In this document: one piece after another, positions 38,908 to 48,654 of the stretch
Position numbering within the stretch: position 1 is the stretch's first letter
Layout of the letters: the number at the start of each line of letters is the position of its first letter
Source: an uncultured Actinomycetota bacterium
GTDB lineage: Bacteria > Actinomycetota > Actinomycetes > CAVWCF01
Direction of reading: 5' to 3'
Assembly (NCBI GenBank): GCA_963753435.1
Contig: CAVWCF010000001.1
Location: 928,001 to 992,000 of the forward strand
DNA length: 64,000 bases
Program-made: the position numbers and the translations under genes
Notes under the pieces: model-generated
What the model was told of the DNA's origin: nothing
Databases searched by the model: none
The model's input: the letters and a program-made list of their open reading frames with translations, nothing else

Positions 38908-39909
38908 CTAGTTCGGCTGTATGACGCTGACGGTGGACCCGGTGTTGGCGGACTCGATGCAGGCCTCGGCTACGGCAACTGTCGCCAGCCCCTGGCGCAT
39001 GGTCACGATGTCTGCATCTTTGCCGAGGACCGCGTCCCGGAACGCCTCGTGCTCGGTGCGCAACGGCTCAGCTTTCGCGAATGCGTAACGGATCATGTCG
39101 CCCTCGGAAACGCCGCGGAACTTGGCGATCGCGTCCCACTCGGTCGCGACCGACCCGTTGGCGAAGAAGGTGAGGTCCGCAGTCAGCGTGTCCGCCACGA
39201 AGGTGCCCCGCTCACCAGTGACCACCGTCACCCGCTCCTTCATCGGCGACAGCCAGTTGACCAGGTGATTGGTGACCGTCCCGTCCGCCAACTGACCGAC
39301 CACTGCCACCAGGTCCTCGTGCGAACGGCCCGACTTGTGGGCCACGCGCGCGGCAACCGCGGTGAAGGGCTGCTGGGCAACCCAGGCCGTCAGGTCGATG
39401 TCGTGGGTGGCCAGGTCCTTGACCACCCCGACGTCGGCGATGCGAGCCGGGAAGGGGCCCTGTCGACGGGTGACGATCTGGTAAACGGCGCCGAGGTCAC
39501 CCTCGGCCAGGCGACGCCGCAGCTGCTGCAGGGCAGGGTTGTAACGCTCGATGTGCCCCACGGCCCCGACCAGACCCGCGGCGTCGAACGCGTCTGCGAC
39601 CCGGGCAGCGGATTCGGTGTCAGGCGCCAGCGGCTTCTCGATCATGGCGTGGACGCCGGCCTCGGCCAGGGCCAAGGCAACTGACTCGTGATACGCCGTG
39701 GGTACGGCCACCATGCAGTAGTCGATGCCGGTGGCGATCAGGTCTTCCACGCTGGACAGCACCGGCAGCCCGGCGGCCACTCCGTGCACGTCGCCGCCCG
39801 GATCGGCAACGGCCACAAGCTCGACACCGTCAAGCGCCCGCAACACCCGGCCGTGGTGCCTGCCCATCATGCCCAGGCCGATGAGGCCGGCCCGCAGGTT
39901 GCTGCTCAT
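38908..39909 (-). CDS. Gfo/Idh/MocA oxidoreductase (WbpB/WlbA-like sugar 3-dehydrogenase)
   Basis: GLIGLGMMGRHH, IEKP, VGHIERYNPA, DVGVVKDLATHDID, NWLSPMKER, EPLRTE. Confidence 0.87.
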   Translation of the reverse strand: MSSNLRAGLIGLGMMGRHHGRVLRALDGVELVAVADPGGDVHGVAAGLPVLSSVEDLIATGIDYCMVAVPTAYHESVALALAEAGVHAMIEKPLAPDTESAARVADAFDAAGLVGAVGHIERYNPALQQLRRRLAEGDLGAVYQIVTRRQGPFPARIADVGVVKDLATHDIDLTAWVAQQPFTAVAARVAHKSGRSHEDLVAVVGQLADGTVTNHLVNWLSPMKERVTVVTGERGTFVADTLTADLTFFANGSVATEWDAIAKFRGVSEGDMIRYAFAKAEPLRTEHEAFRDAVLGKDADIVTMRQGLATVAVAEACIESANTGSTVSVIQPN

Positions 39910-40997
39910 GCGCCGGCCTTTGCCAGCGCGTTGACGCCGTTGACGATGCGTTCAAGATCCCCATCCGACAGGGCCGGATGCACCGGCAGGCTCAGCACCT
40001 CAGCGGCCGCGCGCTCCGTCTCCGGCAGATCAAGCGTCAGCCCGAACGACGGCAGGCGGTGGTTGGGGATTGGGTAGTACACCCCGCTGCCGACGCCGTG
40101 TTCGCTCGCAAGTGCCGCCGCGAACGCGTCGCGATCTCCGGGGACGCGGATCGTGTACTGGTGGTAGACGTGCACCGCCCCGTCCGCAACCGCGGGCGTG
40201 ATCACGCCATCGAGGTTCTCGTCCAAGAAGGCGGCGTTGGCCTGGCGACGGGCCGTCCAGCCAGGCAGCTTGCCCAACTGCACCCGGCCGATCGCGGCGT
40301 GCACGTCCGTCATTCGGGCGTTGAAGCCGACGACCTCGTTCTCGTAGCGCCGCTCCATGCCCTGATTGCGCAGCAGCCGGACCATGCGGGCCACGTCCTC
40401 CGTGGCACACGCGACCATGCCACCTTCACCGGAGGTCATGTTCTTAGTCGGATAGAGGCTGAACATGGCGAACGTGCCGAAGGAGCCGACGGGTTGCCCG
40501 GCCAAGGCGGCGCCGTGTGCCTGGGCCGCGTCCTCGTAGATCTGGATGCCGTGTTTGGCAGCGATGGCGGTCAAGGCGGTCATGTCCGCGGGGTGGCCGT
40601 AGAGATGGACCGGCATGACACCCACGGTGCGCTCGGTAATGGCGGCCTCGACCGCAGCCGGGGACAGGCAGTAGTGGTCCGGCTCGATGTCGGCGAACAC
40701 CGGGGTGGCCCCGGTCAGCGCGACGGAATTGGCAGTCGCGGCGAATGTGAAGGACGGGACGATGACCTCGTCGCCGGGGCCGACGCCGGCTGCCAACAGG
40801 CCGAGGTGCTGGCCCGAGGTGCCCGAGTTGACGGCTACGCAGGTGCGCCCTCCGACCAGGGCGTCGGCGAACTCAGCCTCGAAAGCGGCGACCTCCGGGC
40901 CCTGCGCGATCATCCCGCTGCGCAGGACGCGGTCAACGGCCGCGCGCTCGTCATCGCCGATCAACGGCTTTGCAGCCGGGATCATCTCCAGCGTCAT
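39906..40997 (-). CDS. DegT/DnrJ/EryC1/StrS aminotransferase (WbpE/WlbC-like)
   Basis: GPEVAAFEAEFA, VNSGT, PVHLYG, EDAAQAHGA, SLYPTKNMTSGEGG (PLP Lys), VLSLPVHP. Confidence 0.92.
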   Translation of the reverse strand: MTLEMIPAAKPLIGDDERAAVDRVLRSGMIAQGPEVAAFEAEFADALVGGRTCVAVNSGTSGQHLGLLAAGVGPGDEVIVPSFTFAATANSVALTGATPVFADIEPDHYCLSPAAVEAAITERTVGVMPVHLYGHPADMTALTAIAAKHGIQIYEDAAQAHGAALAGQPVGSFGTFAMFSLYPTKNMTSGEGGMVACATEDVARMVRLLRNQGMERRYENEVVGFNARMTDVHAAIGRVQLGKLPGWTARRQANAAFLDENLDGVITPAVADGAVHVYHQYTIRVPGDRDAFAAALASEHGVGSGVYYPIPNHRLPSFGLTLDLPETERAAAEVLSLPVHPALSDGDLERIVNGVNALAKAGA

Positions 40998-41587
40998 GCG
41001 TCCTCCTCGAGCAGCACGCCATCCTGCTCCCGGTAGTTGCGCCCCGTTCGCGGGCACGTCCAAGTACCTGAACCGGCATCGGTAAGCGGCTCGCCGGCAT
41101 GCCCAACCCAGCGAATCCGCTTGGCGGGAACGCCTGCGACCAGCGCGAAGTCCGGCACGTCGCGAGTGACAACCGATCCGGCGGCGACCATCGCCCACCT
41201 CCCGATGGTCACCGGGGCGACGCAGACCGCGCGGGCCCCGATGGATGCACCCGTACGGATCGTCACCCCGACCGGTTCCCAGTCGTCACCGGACTTGACG
41301 GTGCCATCCGGGTTGACCGACCTGGGGTAGTGGTCGTTGGTCAGAACCACGGCCGGACCGATGAACACGCCGGACTCCAGTTTCGCCGGCTCGTAGACCA
41401 GGGCGTAGTTCTGGATCTTCACGTTGTCGCCCACGTCAACGCCGGTTCCGACGTATGCACCGCGACCAACAACGCAGCCTTCGCCCAGTCGCGCGCCCTC
41501 GCGGATCTGGGCCAGATGCCAAACAGAGGTCCCCTCGCCCATGGCAACGTCATCGGCGACATCCGCAGACGGGTGCACGCGCGCCAT
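40994..41587 (-). CDS. Hexapeptide-repeat N-acetyltransferase (WbpD/WlbB-like)
   Basis: VHPSA, VWHLAQIRE, VKIQN, VFIGPAVVLTND..PRS, VAAGSVVTRDVP, VAGVPAK, C-terminal CPxTG..Y. Confidence 0.9.
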   Translation of the reverse strand: MARVHPSADVADDVAMGEGTSVWHLAQIREGARLGEGCVVGRGAYVGTGVDVGDNVKIQNYALVYEPAKLESGVFIGPAVVLTNDHYPRSVNPDGTVKSGDDWEPVGVTIRTGASIGARAVCVAPVTIGRWAMVAAGSVVTRDVPDFALVAGVPAKRIRWVGHAGEPLTDAGSGTWTCPRTGRNYREQDGVLLEEDA

Positions 41588-41675
41588 GGGACTCCGATCG
41601 GCTGGGGGCAGGCGCATACGCTATACGAGCCGAGGAGCGATTCGGGCCGTCGTAGACGGCCGTAGCGGAGGTTTG

Positions 41676-43007
41676 ATGACGGCGTCTGCACCGCACGTCC
41701 TCTACATCGCATGGGGTTTCCCGCCTTGCCGCGGCAGCGGTGTCTACCGCGCACTCGCTACGGCCAACGCGTTTGCCGCCAACGGCTGGAAAGTCACGGT
41801 GCTCACCGCCGATCGAGAAATCTGGCTCCGCTACACCGGCGCGGACCTCAGCCTGGAGGAACGCATCGATCCGCGGGTCAACGTGGAGCGGGTTCGGTTC
41901 GAGTGGCCGACTCTGGACCCTGACATCTCCAGTTGGTCGCGCTTGCGTGTCGCCACCCCGCGGGTGTGGGGCCGGGTACGCCGCCTGCGCGACCAGTTGC
42001 CGTTCCCCGAGGTCGCCTACGGCCCTTGGCTGCCCGTACTCAAGGAAGCGGTGCAGCGCATCCACGAACAGGACCCGGTCGATCTGACCGTGGCAACGGC
42101 AAACCCGCATGTGACATTCGGCGCAGCACACCACCTGTGGCGGACCGCGGGCGTGGACTACGTCATGGACTACCGCGACGCGTGGACCCTGGACGTGTTC
42201 AGCGGCGACCGGGTGCACTCACCGCGATCGCGCGCCGGTCGACGCGAAGCCGAACTGATCGGCGCCGCCAAAGAGGTCTGGTTCGTAAACGACCGGATCC
42301 GCGACTGGCACCGCACCCAGTACCCGGGGCAGGCCGATCGCATGCACACAGTCGCCAACGGCTACGACCCGGAGTTCGTCCCACCGGGCATCGGCCGCGC
42401 CCCCGATCCGGATCGGCCGTTGCGCTACGGATACCTGGGCACGATCTCGACCCGGGTTCCGATCGGTGAGTTCGCCGAGGGCTGGCGCCAGGCTCGCCGG
42501 GCGGAGCCGCTTGCGGACGCCACCGCGGTAATCCGTGGGCACCTCGGGCACTACCGCGCCGCGAATGCGAACGTGTCGGCGATGCTGGATTCGGCGCAAG
42601 AAATCGGCATCACGTACGACGGACCCGTGGCTAAGGCGGACGTTGCGGACTTCTATCACTCCGTGGACGTCCTCCTGCTCATCTTGGGCTCGGGCCGGTA
42701 TGTGACCTCGGGCAAGGTGTTCGAGTACGCCGCAACTGGGCTGCCGATCGTGTCCGTTCACGACCCCGACAGCGCCGCGAGCACGGTGCTGGCCGACTAC
42801 CCATCGTGGTTCCCCGCCGCCAGCCTCAGCGCGGCGGACATCGCAGCCGCGCTGCTCGCGGCCGGGCGGGCGCGCCGTGCCGAGACGGCCGAAGCGCGCG
42901 ATGCCGCCGTCGCGGCGGCCCAGAAGTTCGCGCGGGATGCCCAGCTGCGTCCGCGCGTCGATGCCCTGCGCCCCAAGGCGCCAACCTCGAGTGCACCGAC
43001 ATCGTGA
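41676..43007 (+). CDS. GT4-like glycosyltransferase (paralog of 33238-34542)
   Basis: FPPCRGSGVYR, VATANP, MDYRDAWT, ANGYD, GYLGTI, TSGKVFEYAATGLPIV; GGAGG RBS. Confidence 0.85.
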   Translation: MTASAPHVLYIAWGFPPCRGSGVYRALATANAFAANGWKVTVLTADREIWLRYTGADLSLEERIDPRVNVERVRFEWPTLDPDISSWSRLRVATPRVWGRVRRLRDQLPFPEVAYGPWLPVLKEAVQRIHEQDPVDLTVATANPHVTFGAAHHLWRTAGVDYVMDYRDAWTLDVFSGDRVHSPRSRAGRREAELIGAAKEVWFVNDRIRDWHRTQYPGQADRMHTVANGYDPEFVPPGIGRAPDPDRPLRYGYLGTISTRVPIGEFAEGWRQARRAEPLADATAVIRGHLGHYRAANANVSAMLDSAQEIGITYDGPVAKADVADFYHSVDVLLLILGSGRYVTSGKVFEYAATGLPIVSVHDPDSAASTVLADYPSWFPAASLSAADIAAALLAAGRARRAETAEARDAAVAAAQKFARDAQLRPRVDALRPKAPTSSAPTS

Positions 43008-43570
43008 GCGAGCCCCTGCGCGTGGCCGTGCTCTCCGGAGGCCGCCTGCCCGACATCAGCGCCCTGGCTCCAGTCGCCGAACTCCGCAGCCGCGGCGCCG
43101 AGGTCGCCCTCATCTCCCGCCAGCTTCCCAGCTCCGCCCAGCAAGGCCTCTTCGACGCTGCCCACGTGCTCGGTCGCGGGCCGGCAGCAGAACTGACGGC
43201 GCTGATGGAAGCCGCGAACGACGCCACCGAGGCCGACCCGGCCGCACCGATCACGCGGGCACGGCCGCCGCTGCCGCAACTGGTTGTCCGCAAGGCCCAG
43301 TTGGAGGCCAGGCGGGCCCGGCGGGTGGCTCGGCGCTCAGCACTGCGCGCCCGGCGCGGTCTGCAGCGGCGCCTACGCCGAACGGGACCTCGACCGCTGG
43401 GACGCGACCTGCGCGCCGACCCGGTCGCTGGCGCTCTGGTGGACCGTGCGGATCTGGTGGTCGCCCTGGACCGCGCCGGCGTGCGCATCGCCTGGGATCG
43501 CGCGCGGCAGACTGGGGCGGGAGCCGTCCTGGGCCTGCCTGCGGCGGTCTGGTGGGTGGACCACCGCTGA
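43004..43570 (+). CDS. Hypothetical Arg-rich protein coupled to the upstream GT (paralog-like to 32726-33241)
   Basis: GTGA overlap with the 43007 stop; LRVAVLSGG..GAEVALISR, ADLVVALD..IAWDRAR. Confidence 0.6.
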   Translation: MSEPLRVAVLSGGRLPDISALAPVAELRSRGAEVALISRQLPSSAQQGLFDAAHVLGRGPAAELTALMEAANDATEADPAAPITRARPPLPQLVVRKAQLEARRARRVARRSALRARRGLQRRLRRTGPRPLGRDLRADPVAGALVDRADLVVALDRAGVRIAWDRARQTGAGAVLGLPAAVWWVDHR

Positions 43571-43591
43571 GCTGAACGAGCGGCGGGACAG

Positions 43592-44667
43592 TCAGGCAAG
43601 GAGTGCGGCGACGGCCGCCGCCAGCCGCCGGTACTCCCCCGTGTCCGTTCGCGTGGCCGCCCAATCCCGAGCTCGATCGCGTAGTCCCAGCAACTCTGAT
43701 GGATCCAGTTGCCAACGCCGCAGCACTTCGCCGGCCGCAGCCGCATCGACCACGATCCCCGCTCCGGAGTCCACCAGCAGTGACTCCTGCCGGGGCAGTG
43801 GCGATGCCAGCACCGGCAGTCCGGCGGTCAAGTACTCCACGACCTTGGTCGGCAAAGCCTCTACGAACGCCGGCGTCGAGTGCAGCAGACTCAAGCCCAC
43901 CCACGCGTCAGCGGCACCCGCCCAGGCCCGCTCGGGGGGTTGGCGGCCCCAGAGCCGGACACGGTCACCAAGTCGCTCCGCTGCGATCTGGGCCCGCAGC
44001 TCGTCCGCTTCGCTCGGGGCGATCGGTCCAACGAGATCCATCGTCCAGTCTGGCGCTTGCGCGATGGCGCGAACCATGTCGAACGCGCCCCGTGTGCGTC
44101 GGATATCGCCTACATACAGAGCGCGAGGCCGGGCAGCGGGATCGGCCGGCTCCGGCAGATAGCCGGACTCCGGCGTGTTGCGGACGACGACGCGGTTGCG
44201 CGCGCGCAGTGGCGGCACCTGGTCGTCAGCCACGATGGTCAGGTCCGCGCGAGCGGTGAGTTCGTTGGCCCAGCGCAGTCCCGAGGTAACGGCCTTGACC
44301 TGGGCCGAAGGCCAATCTCGGTCCAGCACCAACTTCGTGTAGTCCTCGTGTACGTCGACCGCCACGGGCGGACCGCCCAGGCGGCGCCGTGTCATTGCGG
44401 GCACGACCAGGTCCGGGTCCAGCACCAGCAGTACTGAACCCGTGGCCTGCCAGGGCAGTCGCGCCCCGGCCCGCAGGCGCGCACCGAGCCCCGAGCGAGG
44501 ACGGGTGAACACACGCTCTGCTGATTCCGGGGCCGCGGCTGGATCACCCAGCCCGAGCACCTCCACCGACAGGCCGTGCTCGGTGAGTGCGGCGACGGTT
44601 CGGTGCAGCCGCGCATCGGCGACGTCATGTCCCGTCGTCAGAACGCTGACATCGACTGGCGCGCCGG

Positions 44668-44671
<4 letters not shown>
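43592..44671 (-). CDS. GT4 glycosyltransferase (probable CTG start at 44671)
   Basis: VDVHEDY, LYVGDIRRTRG, ALPTKVVEYLTAGLPVLAS; the N-terminal GT4 motif VSVLTTGHDVADARLHR lies upstream of the first canonical start (44566). Confidence 0.83.
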
Positions 44672-45445
<774 letters not shown>

Positions 45446-45468
<23 letters not shown>

Positions 45469-46327
45469 GCTCCCTGGACAAGAAGGCCCAACTCCCGACC
45501 AGCAGGGCGATGATCGGCCACACGATCGCGCCCACGATCATGCCCGTGGTGGGAGAGGTAGCCCGAACCATGAGTTCACCCAAGCTCCCCATCAGCCCGA
45601 ACAATGGGTTCAGTTGGAGCAAGACGAGCAGGACCGGGTTGTCCTCAAGCCGGTCCAGCACCAGTTCTGGCAACCAGATGATCGGGGATACGTACAACCA
45701 AATCCGCAGGAGGTACGGAAGGAAACTGGTCGTGTCGCGGAAGTACACCTGAAGGGTCGCCATCAGCATCGCCAGGCCAGACGCGAAGACGACCACGAGC
45801 CCAAGCAGCGGGATGGTCCACAACTGGATCCAGCCGAACGGCAGACCGGCGAATACATGGATCACGCCGTACACGGCAAGAGTCGGCAGGAACCGGTAGA
45901 ACGCTGTCCGGACTGCGGAAAGCGGCAGCAACACCCGAGGGAACGCCGTGTTGGTGATCATCTTGCCGGCGCTGACGACGCTCGTTGCCCCACCCGACAT
46001 TGACTGCGCGATGAAGTAGAAGGTGAACAGACACAGGAGCAGGTGCGGGAAGAACGCGGCGTCGGAACTTATGTCGCGACCACCGATGATCACGATCAGC
46101 AGCCAGTAGACGCAGGCCAGCAGCAGCGGATTCAGGATGTTCCAGATCCGCCCCAGCACGGTGAGGCTCTGCTGGGCCCTGGCGGTGGCTCGGGACAACT
46201 CCGCCGCGAACTCGCGGCGGCGCCAGGCCTCAGACAAATAGGGACCAAGCGGCGGCAACCCAGCCCGATGGGGTGCATAGACGTGGTGATCGCCCAGGAA
46301 ATCCACGTCAGGGGCTGCTGAGCGCAC
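45446..46327 (-). CDS. wzm: Polysaccharide/teichoic-acid ABC exporter permease (Wzm/TagG-like)
   Basis: LGRIWNILNPLL, FPRVLLPLS, VYFRD, WLYVSPIIW, LNPL; six TM helices. Confidence 0.9.
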
Positions 46328-46401
46328 TCAGACCTTCTCTCGAATCGGACCGCCACGCGCGAGGGACCGCAGCGGGAGAGTACTAGGAGACAGGCGCGCA
46401 C

Positions 46402-47538
46402 CTAGGGCGCGGCAAGCGCCAAAGCCTGCACGAGCCTGGGCCCATCCACGTCCCAAGACAGTTCGGGTTGGGCCGCGGCAACGGCGGCGCACAGCTCGGC
46501 ATAGTTGGTCCGGGCCGCTTCGACCGCCGCAGCCAGCGACTTGTGGTCGCCCGGGCGGTAAAGCGTGCCGATGCCGTATCGGCGGACCACGGCCGCAAGT
46601 TCATCCACGTCAGTTGCCACCACGGGCACACCGGCGTGGATCGCGTGGAAGAGCTTGTTGGGCAGAGCCAGGCGGTGGTTCTCCCACCGATCGGAGTGAG
46701 ACACCAGCGCCAAGCCGGCCGCCTGCAGCCGCTTCGTCACCTCATCCACCGGTTCGGCGCCGAGCACGGTCACCTTCCCGGTTCGTAGGCGCGCCAAGAA
46801 CTGCTCGTCGGCGGGACCGAGCAGGGTGACCGGCAGGTCCAGCAATTCCGCTGCCTCGATCGCCACCTCGATTTCCCGGTCGGCCGCGATGCGGCCCGCG
46901 TAGACGAGTCCGGTCGGCTCGGGGATTGGTTGCAGCTGCGCATTCAACGGAAACGTGTTGCGGACGACTTCGACGTTGTCCCAGCCGTAGCGGCGCCGGA
47001 GGGCGGCTGCAACTCCCTCCCCGACAGTGATGACTACGCGTGCTTGACCACCTAGTACCCGTTCCTGCGCGATCTCTCTGCGGTTTGCCAGCGGCGTTGG
47101 GCGGCCTTGACGCGGTCGCCCAGGCCAGTACTCGTGCGTGTCGTACACGTACGGCACGGCGCTGGCCCGGGCCAGTTCCGCGCCGACGGCCAACGCGGTG
47201 AAGTCGTGAGCATGGACAACGTCGAATTCGCGCCCTTGCGCGTCCGCGTGCGCGGCTTCGGCCCAGGCCCCGAAAACCGCGGCTCGATGCCGCGGCAGCA
47301 GAAGCCACCTGGCCACCCGGTACAGCAGGGTCGTGCGCCGAACGCGGGCCGCAGTCGCTGGCAGCGTCGGCTGATCCCCCACGCTCGACACGGTGACGCC
47401 GGCCGGGGGAACGAAGTCGCCTGGAACCGCCCGACCGATCACGTGCACGGCGTGGCCGGCTTCGGCGAGGGTCTGTGCCTCACGAAGCACTCGGGTATCA
47501 GTGGCGACGGACGTCGCCACAAGCATGAGGATCTTCAC
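46402..47538 (-). CDS. GT4 glycosyltransferase
   Basis: KILMLV..DTRVLREA, VVHAHD, VYDTHEYW, YAGRI, ALPNKLF..AGVPVVATD; GTGA overlap with the upstream GT2. Confidence 0.88.
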   Translation of the reverse strand: MKILMLVATSVATDTRVLREAQTLAEAGHAVHVIGRAVPGDFVPPAGVTVSSVGDQPTLPATAARVRRTTLLYRVARWLLLPRHRAAVFGAWAEAAHADAQGREFDVVHAHDFTALAVGAELARASAVPYVYDTHEYWPGRPRQGRPTPLANRREIAQERVLGGQARVVITVGEGVAAALRRRYGWDNVEVVRNTFPLNAQLQPIPEPTGLVYAGRIAADREIEVAIEAAELLDLPVTLLGPADEQFLARLRTGKVTVLGAEPVDEVTKRLQAAGLALVSHSDRWENHRLALPNKLFHAIHAGVPVVATDVDELAAVVRRYGIGTLYRPGDHKSLAAAVEAARTNYAELCAAVAAAQPELSWDVDGPRLVQALALAAP

Positions 47539-48506
47539 CGGCGCGCCAGCCTTGCCGGACTGGACAGGAAGCCCCATCCCCAGGCCAGGTGCATCACCGG
47601 CAATACGACCGGGAGACGAACCGCGCTGCGCCAGGCAAGCCGACTGCCGATGACCGCGCTGCCGCCGAGCACGACGAGGGCGTATCCGCCCGGCAACAAC
47701 CACCCGACACGAAGGCCCAGCAGCCCGGCGGCAGTGCCGGCGACGACACCGACCAGCGCCATGGGCGGAGCCAGGTACCGGAAGGTGACGGTGCCGCGAT
47801 GCTGCCGGGCAACGACCCGCCGCCACCTCCCATAGTCGCGATATTGGCGCGCCAGCGCCCGGACGGTGGATCGGGGTCGGTACGTCACCCGCAGCCGCGG
47901 CGTGAACCAGACGGTGCCACCGGTCTGCCGGATCCGATGGTTCATCTCCCAGTCCTGCGCCCTGGCGAAGCCCTCGTCGTACCCGCCGACTCGTTGCAGG
48001 GCCGCACGGCGGAAGGCGCCCAGGTAGACGGTGTCGGCGGGGCCCTCCGCGCCGCCGGTATGGAAGCGGGCCGCCCCCACCCCCAGCGGACTGGTCATGG
48101 CCGCCGCCACCGCCGCTTCAAATGGGGTCGTGCCCTCAGCCGCCATCACGCCACCCACATTGTCCGCACCCGTGGACTGCAGCACCTCCACCGCGACGCG
48201 CAGGTAGTCGGGCGGGAAGAGCGCGTGTCCGTCCACGCGAACCACCAAATCGTGCTCGGCGGCCCCGATGGCGGCATTCAGCCCGGCCGGGGTTGCTCCA
48301 GTGGGATTCGGGACCAGTCTGATCCGTGGGTCCGTTGCGCTCAGGTCCCGGGCGATCACGTCCGTGCCATCGGTCGACGGCCCCAGGGCCAGGATCAACT
48401 CCCACGGGCCGGGGTAATCCTGCCGTTGGATCTGGGTAACGGACTCGGCCAGGTGCCGCTCCTCATTGAGAACCGGCATCACCACTGAGACGGGCGGCCA
48501 GGACAC
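47535..48506 (-). CDS. GT2 glycosyltransferase (ExoA-like, LCP-adjacent)
   Basis: VSVVMPVLNEE, PSTDGT, VRVDGH, DTVYLGAFRR, GGYDE..RAQDWEMN, QYRDYGRWR; C-terminal TMs. Confidence 0.88.
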   Translation of the reverse strand: MSWPPVSVVMPVLNEERHLAESVTQIQRQDYPGPWELILALGPSTDGTDVIARDLSATDPRIRLVPNPTGATPAGLNAAIGAAEHDLVVRVDGHALFPPDYLRVAVEVLQSTGADNVGGVMAAEGTTPFEAAVAAAMTSPLGVGAARFHTGGAEGPADTVYLGAFRRAALQRVGGYDEGFARAQDWEMNHRIRQTGGTVWFTPRLRVTYRPRSTVRALARQYRDYGRWRRVVARQHRGTVTFRYLAPPMALVGVVAGTAAGLLGLRVGWLLPGGYALVVLGGSAVIGSRLAWRSAVRLPVVLPVMHLAWGWGFLSSPARLARR

Positions 48507-48545
48507 GGCCGAACCGTATCCGGGCAGCGCGTCGCGCAGATGAAT

Positions 48546-48561
48546 GTCACGTTCTTGTCAC
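48546..48561. promoter_or_regulatory. GTCAC-N6-GTCAC direct repeat (MtrA/GlnR-type box) between the divergent GT2 and LCP genes
   Basis: tGTCACgttcttGTCACgTACGCT: 8-bp TGTCACGT repeated with an 11-bp period, abutting a TACGCT -10-like hexamer (48563-48568). Confidence 0.6.
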
Positions 48562-48654
48562 GTACGCTGTGCCTGGCCAGGTTTGGCGGGAACCGTCCGG
48601 GGGCATCATGCGCCCAAGTAGTGCAGACATGGCACGACCCCGCCTGCAGGAGCC

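Noticed and set aside
38908-41587. Aminotransferase/oxidoreductase genes as an antibiotic deoxysugar cluster
   Set aside because: There is no PKS/NRPS or resistance gene; the Wzm/Wzt/LCP context indicates a surface polysaccharide.
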